Below are positions 51,058 through 59,079 of a stretch of DNA of 64,000 nucleotides, piece after piece. The notes under the pieces were generated by a model, which searched no databases, was not told the DNA's origin, and saw nothing but the letters and a program-made list of their open reading frames with translations. The position numbers and the translations under genes are program-made. Numbering within the stretch: position 1 is the stretch's first letter; the number at the start of each line of letters is the position of its first letter. Origin of the DNA: Limnoglobus sp. (lineage in GTDB: Bacteria; Planctomycetota; Planctomycetia; Gemmatales; Gemmataceae); the NCBI GenBank assembly GCA_041742055.1, contig JBGSJI010000048.1:6722-70721 (forward strand). The letters are read 5' to 3'.

Positions 51058-51404
51058 ACGGAATCCTTCTGAGTGACGATCTGATATTTATCAGTCGCAT
51101 CTCTGCGACTGGTAAAGCACATGGCTTGACTGTTATTGCTGTAAAGACTGCAGAATCCTTGCTTAAAAAGGTAAAGGAAGATCAACCTGGAGGAGTCATT
51201 TTGGATTTGCAGAATCCAACACTCGAGTTACCCGCTTTGATCGAGGAGTTGAGATTGCTGGGATCTTTGAATGTGGTGGCTTATGGTTCTCATGTTGATG
51301 TCGATCGATTGAAAGCCGCTCGGGAAGCGGGAATCGATCAGGTCATGCCACGAAGCCAGTTTGTGGAAAAGCTTGAGAGCGAACTCGCAAGCTGGCTTTC
51401 ATAA
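51054..51404 (+). CDS. Stand-alone receiver (REC)-like domain protein, possibly atypical
   Basis: LLSDDL acidic pair and VILDLQNP phospho-acceptor context are present. The conserved Lys position reads MPRS. The start overlaps the protease stop (ATGA). Confidence 0.55.
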   Translation: MNGILLSDDLIFISRISATGKAHGLTVIAVKTAESLLKKVKEDQPGGVILDLQNPTLELPALIEELRLLGSLNVVAYGSHVDVDRLKAAREAGIDQVMPRSQFVEKLESELASWLS

Positions 51405-51471
51405 CTTTCGTTAACTTTGAAACAACTGATAATAACAATGAGTACTGCAAGTATTGAAGGGATCCTTTGAG

Positions 51472-53280
51472 ATGAATGCCTTGCTTTACTTGCCGCGATT
51501 GTTCTATCGCTTCCTGAAATTGCTGGTCAAAGCCTTACTGACAATGTTTGTGCTCGGTCTCTCGCTGCTTCCACTTTCCGTCTTACTGCTGGCAGTGCCC
51601 GCATTCATTTCGCAGGAATCGGTTCTGGAAGATACGACTTCCGGGAGGCGGTCCCACCTGCGTGCATTGTTCAAACGCATCTTTGCTTTACTCACCGGCA
51701 TGATCGTCCTGATCACGCTGATCGCCGTTTCCGTCGAAGCCGTCAGCCGCCTTCCACTGCCCGAGCGTGGATCCTTCGGCGTCATTGCGCGTTCCTTCAC
51801 GCCCCCAATTAGTGATTTCATGGGGAAAACACAGCGCGATCGCGATGCCGCGCTCGCGAAAATGCCGCCCGATGTCCAAAAGTTCCTTAAGACTCCACTG
51901 CATGAACGACTGCCCCCCGCGATGATCGAACACTGGCCATTTGTGATCCTCGGCATCTACATGGCCGATCTGCTGATTCTGGTGTTCATCGGAAAGGTGC
52001 CGCTAGCCTACAACCTGAGAAATGTCCGCGTTCGGTGGAAGACGAACGCCATGACGGCGATCGCGTTCATGGCCGTCATCGGACTCCTCACGTTCCTGCT
52101 TGCATTCGTCAATGGTATGAACAACCTTACTGAGAATAGCGGAGTGCCCGGCAACGTCTTCGTGCTCTCCGACGGTTCAACGGACGAAATCTTCAGCAAT
52201 CTCGGATACGGCGACATTGACAATGTTGAGCGTGTCGTTGTGGAATTAGATGAAAACGATCGCGTGCTCAAATCGCCCATCACAGTTAAAAAAATCGAAC
52301 GTGACGGCAAACAGATCGCTCTGGCGAGCAAGGAAACCTACTACGCCATCAACATGCCCGTGCCCAATTCGGATCCGCCTCGCCGCCGATTCGTTCAGGT
52401 CCGAAGCCTCGCCGATTCCGAAATCGCCGCCGCCGTCCACAACGTTCAACTTTATCCTGGCGGCAAATGGTTCCGTTCCGCCGGCGTGAACAACCAGAGT
52501 CAGATCGAGTGCGTACTCGGCGAGGGCGTCGCCGGCGTGCTCGGTGAAGATACCGCCACCAAACAACCGCTACGACCCGGCGATGTGTTCACGCTCGGCG
52601 AGATGGAATGGGTCGCGACCGGCATCATGAAAAGCGAAGGAACTACGTTCGGCAGCGAAATCTGGGTCCAGCGATTTAGCCTGATCTACAAACCATTTGG
52701 AAAAGAAAACTTTACGACGCTCGTCCTGCGCACGGAACAGGACACCCGCGAAGCGTCCAAAGCCATGGCCTATCACCTCAGCAAGCGCTATACGCAGCAA
52801 AAGTTGAAGGCGTTCTCCGAACCCGACTATTACGCCGAACTCACCAAAACGAATAACTTCTTTCTCACCGCCGTTATCGTCGTCGCCGTCGTCATGGCCA
52901 TTGGCGGCGTCTTCGGAATGATGACTACCATGTTCGCGAGCATCGCACAACGCATCAAAGATATTGGTGTCCTTCGCCTGCTCGGCTTCAAACGTTGGCA
53001 AGTCATGGTCTCGTTCATGCTCGAGTCGCTCACGATCGCCATCATCGGCGGCGCACTCGGTTGCCTGCTCGCATGGCTCCTCGCCGACGGCCGCGCGAGC
53101 ACCAGCACGCTCTCAAGTGGCGGGGGCGGGCCCGGAGGCAAAAGCATCGCACTCACCATCAACGTCGACGCCCAGGTTATGGCCATGGGCATGCTCTTCA
53201 CGCTCGTCATGGGTCGCCTCGGCGGACTCGTCCCCGCACTCTCCGCCATGCGGATGAAAGTGCTGGATTCTCTTCGCTGA
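51472..53280 (+). CDS. FtsX/MacB-type ABC transporter permease with extra N-terminal TM helices
   Basis: C-terminal FtsX block IGVLRLLGFKRWQVMVSFMLESLTIAIIGGALGCLLAW plus two more helices. An extracytoplasmic domain of about 250 aa follows the helix TNAMTAIAFMAVIGLLTFLLAFV. No ATPase gene is adjacent. Confidence 0.8.
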   Translation: MNALLYLPRLFYRFLKLLVKALLTMFVLGLSLLPLSVLLLAVPAFISQESVLEDTTSGRRSHLRALFKRIFALLTGMIVLITLIAVSVEAVSRLPLPERGSFGVIARSFTPPISDFMGKTQRDRDAALAKMPPDVQKFLKTPLHERLPPAMIEHWPFVILGIYMADLLILVFIGKVPLAYNLRNVRVRWKTNAMTAIAFMAVIGLLTFLLAFVNGMNNLTENSGVPGNVFVLSDGSTDEIFSNLGYGDIDNVERVVVELDENDRVLKSPITVKKIERDGKQIALASKETYYAINMPVPNSDPPRRRFVQVRSLADSEIAAAVHNVQLYPGGKWFRSAGVNNQSQIECVLGEGVAGVLGEDTATKQPLRPGDVFTLGEMEWVATGIMKSEGTTFGSEIWVQRFSLIYKPFGKENFTTLVLRTEQDTREASKAMAYHLSKRYTQQKLKAFSEPDYYAELTKTNNFFLTAVIVVAVVMAIGGVFGMMTTMFASIAQRIKDIGVLRLLGFKRWQVMVSFMLESLTIAIIGGALGCLLAWLLADGRASTSTLSSGGGGPGGKSIALTINVDAQVMAMGMLFTLVMGRLGGLVPALSAMRMKVLDSLR

Positions 53281-53296
53281 CGACTACACTAGCTGA

Positions 53297-54565
53297 ATGA
53301 ATACGAACCAACACATCCGGGCCGGAATGGTCGGTCTCGGCATGATTTTCGACGAAACCTACCGCCCGTTCTTTGAAACAGTCCACAAAGAGGGCCTCTT
53401 TCGCCGCGATTTTGGTCTCGTCGAAGTCGAACTCGCCGCCGTCGCGACCCGCACCGGATCGCGTGCCGCGAAGTATCTGCCCTCCGCTCCCAAACCGTTC
53501 GTTAATCTGACCGGGTCCAACGCCGCGGAACAGCTAGCACAAAGCGATGTCCATGTCGTCTGTGTCGCCACGCCGGACGATCGGCACTTCGCACCCGCCA
53601 AAGCCGCCCTGACAGCCGGGAAGCACGTCCTCATCGAGAAGCCGTCGGTCCTCTCTCTCGCGGAACTGGACGAACTGAATGCACTCGCGAAAGCCAACGG
53701 CGTACTCGCCAAAGTGGTCTACCACAAACTTCTCGACCCAGATCACAAGAAACTCCACACACATGTGGTCGAAGGTAATCTCAAGCATGTTAACAACGGC
53801 TACTGCTCTCTTCTCGAGCCGAAATCGATCTCGACCGGCCAATTCGCCGAGTGGCTTGCGGGCCGGAACCCCGGCACCTACGTCGCCTGTCATTACACCA
53901 AACTCATCGACTTCAGCTTCGGTCCGGACTGGAAACTCGCACGCGTCGGCGCCACCGGTCAGCGCGGGTTGGTCGGCGATGCCGGCGGAACCACCTGGGA
54001 CTCCACTCAGCTCCAAGTGACCTATCTCCATCTCGATGGCCGCGAGGCGGTGTTCGATATCCATACCAGCTGGGTCACGCCCGACAATTTTCCCGGCTAC
54101 GTGGATCAGGAAGTGCAATTTCGCTTCGATAACGGGGTCTGGATCGCGCATCAGCGGAAGCGAGGCGTGGAACTGACGATTGAAGACCGCTCGCCCGGCG
54201 AATTCAAGTACACGCCGAACTATCACTACAACGGGACATTTGTCGAGCCTTGGGGCGAGCGCTCACAGCGCGGTTATGGCGTGGAAGTGATCCGCCGGTT
54301 CTTCGAGGAAGTCGCGTTCGTCGAATTTGACGGTGCAGGCGATCAGCGTGAGGCCCGTCTCGAGGCGATGCGATCCCTGCGTTACAACGATCTCTCCGCC
54401 GATCGCAATTGTGTGGCGATCATTCAGGCCCTGGAAGCGATTCTGCAGGAACATGCCGCCGGTCGGCCGGGTTGTATCGTGACGGTGAACAGTGCGGACG
54501 GCGGGCTTGTCCTTTCCCGGCCCGGCGAACGCGAACCTCGCGTGCTCTATGCGCCTGCCGTTTAA
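53297..54565 (+). CDS. Gfo/Idh/MocA family oxidoreductase
   Basis: N-terminal Rossmann segment IRAGMVGLGMIF and the family EKP block AGKHVLIEKP. Confidence 0.85.
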   Translation: MNTNQHIRAGMVGLGMIFDETYRPFFETVHKEGLFRRDFGLVEVELAAVATRTGSRAAKYLPSAPKPFVNLTGSNAAEQLAQSDVHVVCVATPDDRHFAPAKAALTAGKHVLIEKPSVLSLAELDELNALAKANGVLAKVVYHKLLDPDHKKLHTHVVEGNLKHVNNGYCSLLEPKSISTGQFAEWLAGRNPGTYVACHYTKLIDFSFGPDWKLARVGATGQRGLVGDAGGTTWDSTQLQVTYLHLDGREAVFDIHTSWVTPDNFPGYVDQEVQFRFDNGVWIAHQRKRGVELTIEDRSPGEFKYTPNYHYNGTFVEPWGERSQRGYGVEVIRRFFEEVAFVEFDGAGDQREARLEAMRSLRYNDLSADRNCVAIIQALEAILQEHAAGRPGCIVTVNSADGGLVLSRPGEREPRVLYAPAV

Positions 54566-54670
54566 ATCATGAACAACAATCGTTTGTCCACTGTCAGCAG
54601 TCAAGCAAAGGGGGCGCAGGCGACTGAATCGTTTTTTTTCAAGTTTTTTGTTCAAATGATCACAAACGAA

Positions 54671-54824
54671 AAATGTTCACTTTCACGAGCATTTTCACGT
54701 CCGCTGCCATTCTGGCAGGCGAGTTCGCCAACTTCGCCAACTTCGCCAACTTCGCCAACTTCGCCAACTCAAACACACACCCCTTGGCGAAGAGACACTT
54801 GACGAGCCGATATAATGTCCATCT
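54671..54824 (+). repeat. R1 MITE-like element, copy B (154 bp, five 9-nt units)
   Basis: Collinear with 13890-14016 at roughly 85 percent identity by eye. (G/C)TTCGCCAA is repeated 5 times at 54723-54767, versus 2 times at 13942-13959. The partner arm TTGGCGAAG lies at 54784-54792. The terminal inverted repeat is decayed. Confidence 0.7.
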
Positions 54825-54918
54825 GTCCACTTTTTCTCGCGGACGTGACGGGCCAACATCCAAATGCCACGACGGCCGCTTCGTCTTCCTTTGCCCCTTC
54901 TGCCGCGAGATGCAAGTA

Positions 54919-54964
54919 GCCGATTGAACGTGGACACAGCGAGTTGCGTCCACGTTCAATCGGC
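54919..54964. terminator. 17-bp perfect hairpin between convergent genes (probable bidirectional terminator or REP-like element)
   Basis: GCCGATTGAACGTGGAC (54919-54935) / GTCCACGTTCAATCGGC (54948-54964) with a 12-nt loop. It lies 45 nt past the DUF1501 stop. No clear U-tract. Confidence 0.45.
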
Positions 54965-55008
54965 CACCTGGGAAATGAACTGTGTCCCGTACATCTTTCG
55001 TAAGACGA

Positions 55009-56448
55009 TTAACTGATGATCGCTTTCACCAGCGATCCGTGAACATCTGTTAACCGATAATACCGGCCCTGGAATTTGTAGGTCAGTCGTTCGTGATCGA
55101 TGCCGAGGCGGTTCAAGATCGTCGCCTGAACATCGTGCACATGGACCCCGTTCTCCGCGACGTTGTAGCCGTAGTCGTCGGTCGCACCATAGGTCGTGCC
55201 CGGTTTCATTCCGCTGCCCGCAAACCACATCGTGAAACACCGCGGATGATGATCGCGGCCGTAATTCCCCGCCGTCAGCTTGCCCTGACTGTAATTCGTG
55301 CGGCCGAACTCTCCACCCCAGACCACGAGCGTATCCTTCAGCATTCCCGTGCGCTTCAAATCCTGCACGAGGCCGAAACACGCACGGTCGATGTCTTTCG
55401 CCTGCCGTCGGATTCCACCGGGAAGTCCGCCGTGGTGATCCCAGCCGGGATGATAAAGCTGAATAAAGCGGACGTTTCGCTCTGCCAGTCGTCGTGCCAG
55501 CAGGCAGTTGGCGGCGAAGGTGCCGGGCTTGCGGGCGTCCTCGCCGTAAAGATCGAAAACATCCTTAGGCTCTTTGGAGAAGTCCATCACCTCCGGCACG
55601 CTGGTCTGCATGCGATAGGCCATCTCGTACTGGGCGACGCGGTCCGCAATCTCGGGATCGCGTTCACGTTCGCCCTGGATCGTGTTCAACTCCGCCAGCC
55701 GATCGAGCATCGTCCGGCGATTCTCCGCACTTACGCCCTCCGGATTCTGGAGGTACAGTACCGGATCCTTCCCACTGCGGAACTGCACGCCCTGATGCTG
55801 ACTGGGGAGAAATCCATTGCCCCAGAGGCGGGCGTAAAGGCCTTGTTCAGTGCGGTCCTTCGAGACGAGTACAACGAAGGCGGGGAGATTTTCGTTCGCG
55901 CTGCCGAGTCCGTAGCTGAGCCAGGCACCGAAGCTGGGGCGGCCGGCAATCTGGTGGCCAGTCTGGAAGAAGGTGATGGCGGGATCGTGATTGATCGCCT
56001 CGGTATAGCACGATTTGACGAAGCAGAGATCGTCCGCCATCGAGGCGATGTTCGGCAGGAGATCGCTGACGGTCGCACCGGACTTCCCATGTTGGGCGAA
56101 CTTGAAAATCGACCCCGCCAGCGGGAGCGTGGCCTGATTCCCAGACATGCCGGTGAGCCGTTGCCCTTTGCGAACGCTGTCGGGAAGATCGGTACCGTTC
56201 TTTTCGTTTAAGAGCGGCTTGTGATCGTAGAGGTCGAGCTGACTCGGTCCGCCGGACATGAAGAGGTAGATGATTCGTTTGGCTTTGGGTTCGAAGTGCG
56301 GTTTATCGAGTACGCCTTTCAAGGCAGGCGCGGCTGCGGCGGATTCGTTTGCGAGCAGGGACCCGAGTGCGATTCCGCCGAGGCAGAGTGCGGACTGTCG
56401 GAGGAAGAGCCGGCGGTTGGAGGGAGAGAGAATCGTATGATTCGGCAT
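55009..56448 (-). CDS. DUF1501 domain protein (sulfatase-fold, Tat signal)
   Basis: Tat-like NRRLFLRQSALCLGG. Family C-terminal blocks VVWGGEFGRT, GRDHHP and YRLTDVHGSLVKAII. Confidence 0.92.
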   Translation of the reverse strand: MPNHTILSPSNRRLFLRQSALCLGGIALGSLLANESAAAAPALKGVLDKPHFEPKAKRIIYLFMSGGPSQLDLYDHKPLLNEKNGTDLPDSVRKGQRLTGMSGNQATLPLAGSIFKFAQHGKSGATVSDLLPNIASMADDLCFVKSCYTEAINHDPAITFFQTGHQIAGRPSFGAWLSYGLGSANENLPAFVVLVSKDRTEQGLYARLWGNGFLPSQHQGVQFRSGKDPVLYLQNPEGVSAENRRTMLDRLAELNTIQGERERDPEIADRVAQYEMAYRMQTSVPEVMDFSKEPKDVFDLYGEDARKPGTFAANCLLARRLAERNVRFIQLYHPGWDHHGGLPGGIRRQAKDIDRACFGLVQDLKRTGMLKDTLVVWGGEFGRTNYSQGKLTAGNYGRDHHPRCFTMWFAGSGMKPGTTYGATDDYGYNVAENGVHVHDVQATILNRLGIDHERLTYKFQGRYYRLTDVHGSLVKAIIS

Positions 56449-56461
56449 GAGCGGTTCCTGA

Positions 56462-56977
56462 TCACGTGATGAACGATCGGACGGGAAAGTTCCGGAGTTT
56501 TGCGGTGCGGCGCAGGTATAGCGGATGGCGGGGCTGCTGGTTATCGGCGGGTCCGATCATCTCCAGACATTTTAGCAGAGTCCGGGCCGAGTGGAGCAGT
56601 TGAATCACCGAACGTACTCGTTGAGAATCGACAACGTATCCGCCCCAGCCGAGGACGGTCACGGGGCAGTGCTCGGCGGCTGAGCGGATGTAACGGTCGT
56701 TGTGCGGGCCGACCGGATCGGGGACTTGAGAGAGAAGAGTACGGTTTGGAGTGCGAAAGGCGAAGAGATTCACGACATGGATTCCGCCGAACCCTTCGCG
56801 CTGTGCGAGGCGGATGCAGCAGCGGATGGTCGGGTCGTCGATAGTGGCGTCGGCGCGTGACGGATTGAGCATGACGAACGCGAGTTCGGGCCGATCCCGG
56901 TCCCACTGCCGTTTGAGCCAATAGCGATAGTTGCCGCATGGGGAGATCAGCGCCTGCGACGTGTGAACATCCGGCAT
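56462..56977 (-). CDS. DUF1643 domain protein
   Basis: CGNYRYWLKRQWD...LAFVMLNPSRADATIDDPTIRCCIRLAQREGFGGIHVVNLFA is the DUF1643 signature. The ATG at 56977 is preferred over the track start. Confidence 0.8.
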   Translation of the reverse strand: MPDVHTSQALISPCGNYRYWLKRQWDRDRPELAFVMLNPSRADATIDDPTIRCCIRLAQREGFGGIHVVNLFAFRTPNRTLLSQVPDPVGPHNDRYIRSAAEHCPVTVLGWGGYVVDSQRVRSVIQLLHSARTLLKCLEMIGPADNQQPRHPLYLRRTAKLRNFPVRSFIT

Positions 56978-57033
56978 TGTAATCGATCTCCGTACGATGA
57001 CCTTGCTTCCCTGTTTATTGAGACACACGGATT

Positions 57034-57714
57034 ATGGGAATCATCCGAGCTGTTTACTTTGATGCGGTGGGCACGCTGATTCATCCGGCGATTCCGGCAC
57101 CGCGTAAGTATGCGGAGTTGGCGGCGGCGCGTGGGATCGCGCTTTCGGAGAGCGAGGTGCGCACGCGCTTCATCGAGGCGTTCCGCGAGCAGGAGGAGTT
57201 TGATCGCGATCGGAACTGGGAAACGTCCGAAGAGCGGGAGATCGAGCGATGGCGTGCGATCGTGACTGATACACTTGGCGACGGCGGATGTTTTGATGAG
57301 CTTTACCAGCATTATGCTCAACCGGTTGCGTGGACGGTTGATCCGGATGCGATCAACGTCTTCGAGGCGCTGAGTGCGATGGGGATGAAACTCGGGATGG
57401 CGTCCAATTATGATTCGCGTTTGGATCGTGTGGTCGAAGGTCATGATACGTTGAGAAGATTGAGGCCGAATATCGTGATCAGTTCTCAGGTGGGGATTCG
57501 CAAGCCGGCCGGCGGCTTTTTCGAAGCGGTCGCGCGATCGGCGGGGGTATCTGCAGAGGAAATTCTGTATCTGGGCGATGATCGGATGAATGATTTCGAG
57601 GGTGCACGGAGTGCAGGGTTTCGGGCGGTGCTTCTCGATGCGAAGAACCGGCATGACGATGTGAGCGAGCGGATCTCGTCGCTCATCGAATTGATCAACT
57701 CAAAATCTCTTTGA
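57034..57714 (+). CDS. HAD superfamily hydrolase, subfamily IA (REG-2-like)
   Basis: Motif I VYFDAVGTLI, motif II SNYD, and motif IV YLGDDRMNDFEGARSAG. Confidence 0.82.
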   Translation: MGIIRAVYFDAVGTLIHPAIPAPRKYAELAAARGIALSESEVRTRFIEAFREQEEFDRDRNWETSEEREIERWRAIVTDTLGDGGCFDELYQHYAQPVAWTVDPDAINVFEALSAMGMKLGMASNYDSRLDRVVEGHDTLRRLRPNIVISSQVGIRKPAGGFFEAVARSAGVSAEEILYLGDDRMNDFEGARSAGFRAVLLDAKNRHDDVSERISSLIELINSKSL

Positions 57715-59077
57715 TGACGTGGCCGTGGACATCGGTGAGGCGGCGGTCGATGCCGTCGTGCCGGACGGTGAGTTTTTCGTGATCGATGCCGAAGAGGTGA
57801 AGAATGGTGGCGTGGAGATCGTAGCAGTAGACTTTTCCTTCGGCGGCACGCCACGACCATTCATCGCTCGATCCGTAGGCGGTGCCGGGTTTGATCCCCG
57901 CGCCGGCGAACCAGGCAACGGACGTGCCCTGATTGTGATCGCGGCCGGTTGCGCCCTGCGTGAACGGTTGCCGGCCGAATTCCGTGCAGGTCATGAGGAG
58001 CGTATCATCGAGGAGTCCGCGTTGTTTCAGATCCATGAGGAGTGCGGCAGTGGGCTGATCCACCTGGCGTGCGATGGCGGGGAGTTCCCTGATGATGTCG
58101 TTGTGGTTATCCCAGTTGTTCGACGGCCCGCCCGCTCCGCTCCAAATTTGGACGAAGCGGACATCGCGTTCGACGAGCCGCCGCGCGAGCAGACAGCGCC
58201 GGCCGAAGTCCGCCGTGACCGGATTGTTCAGTCCGTAGGCGTCTTGAATGATTTTTGATTCGCGACTGAGATCGAGCACTTCGGGAGCGTGCTTTTGGAG
58301 GTTGGCGGCAAGTTCGTAACTGGCGATGCGTGCTTCGAGCCGCGAATCGTCGGGCCGCGCCTGCGCGTGCCGCCGGTTGATGCGGGCGAGGAGTTCGCGG
58401 CCTTCCGCATCCGCTTCCGGAGTCACGAGCGGAATACGGCCGGAGGGTTGGAGGTCGGCGATGGGCGGATTGGCGCTGGCGTTCAGGAGCGTCGCGCCGT
58501 GAGCGGCGGGGAGGAAGGCGTTGGCGAAGTTTCCCTTCTGATTGTAAGGCAATCCGCGGGAATCCGGGAGCACGACGAACGTGGGCAGGTTGTCGGTCAG
58601 TTTGCCAAGCCCGTATGAGAGCCATGAACCGAGCGATGGGAAACCGGGACGAACGAAACCGGTGTTGATCATGTAGCTGGCGGGTCCGTGCACGTTCGAT
58701 TTGCTGGCGACCGCCATGAGAAACGCGAGGTGATCGACGGTCTTCGCGACGTGCGGGAAGACAGAACTGACCCAGCGCCCGCACTGGCCGTGTTGCTTGA
58801 AGGCGAACGGCGATTTCATCAGCTTGCCGGGGACGCTTGTGACACCTTCCACCTTCTCACCGCTATCGGGTGCGAAGGGTTTATCGTGATGCTTTTCGAG
58901 TTCCGGCTTGTAATCGAACGTATCGGGCTGACTCATGCCGCCGTTCAGCACGATCTGGATCATCCGCTTCGCTTTGGGCGCATGATGCACCGCGCCGTCG
59001 CACAGCATGTGCGCAAGAGCGATCCCGCCCAACCCACCGCCGGCCTGCCTGAGAAAATCGCGACGAGAAAACATCAT
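57695..59077 (-). CDS. DUF1501 domain protein (Tat signal)
   Basis: MMFSRRDFLRQAGGGLGG. TCTEFGRQ, GRDHN and RRLTDVHGHVIKEIL. The ATG at 59077 lies 2 nt after the stop of the upstream DUF1549/1553 gene. The 45 extra codons in the track overlap that gene. Confidence 0.92.
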   Translation of the reverse strand: MMFSRRDFLRQAGGGLGGIALAHMLCDGAVHHAPKAKRMIQIVLNGGMSQPDTFDYKPELEKHHDKPFAPDSGEKVEGVTSVPGKLMKSPFAFKQHGQCGRWVSSVFPHVAKTVDHLAFLMAVASKSNVHGPASYMINTGFVRPGFPSLGSWLSYGLGKLTDNLPTFVVLPDSRGLPYNQKGNFANAFLPAAHGATLLNASANPPIADLQPSGRIPLVTPEADAEGRELLARINRRHAQARPDDSRLEARIASYELAANLQKHAPEVLDLSRESKIIQDAYGLNNPVTADFGRRCLLARRLVERDVRFVQIWSGAGGPSNNWDNHNDIIRELPAIARQVDQPTAALLMDLKQRGLLDDTLLMTCTEFGRQPFTQGATGRDHNQGTSVAWFAGAGIKPGTAYGSSDEWSWRAAEGKVYCYDLHATILHLFGIDHEKLTVRHDGIDRRLTDVHGHVIKEILS

Positions 59078-59079
59078 GA

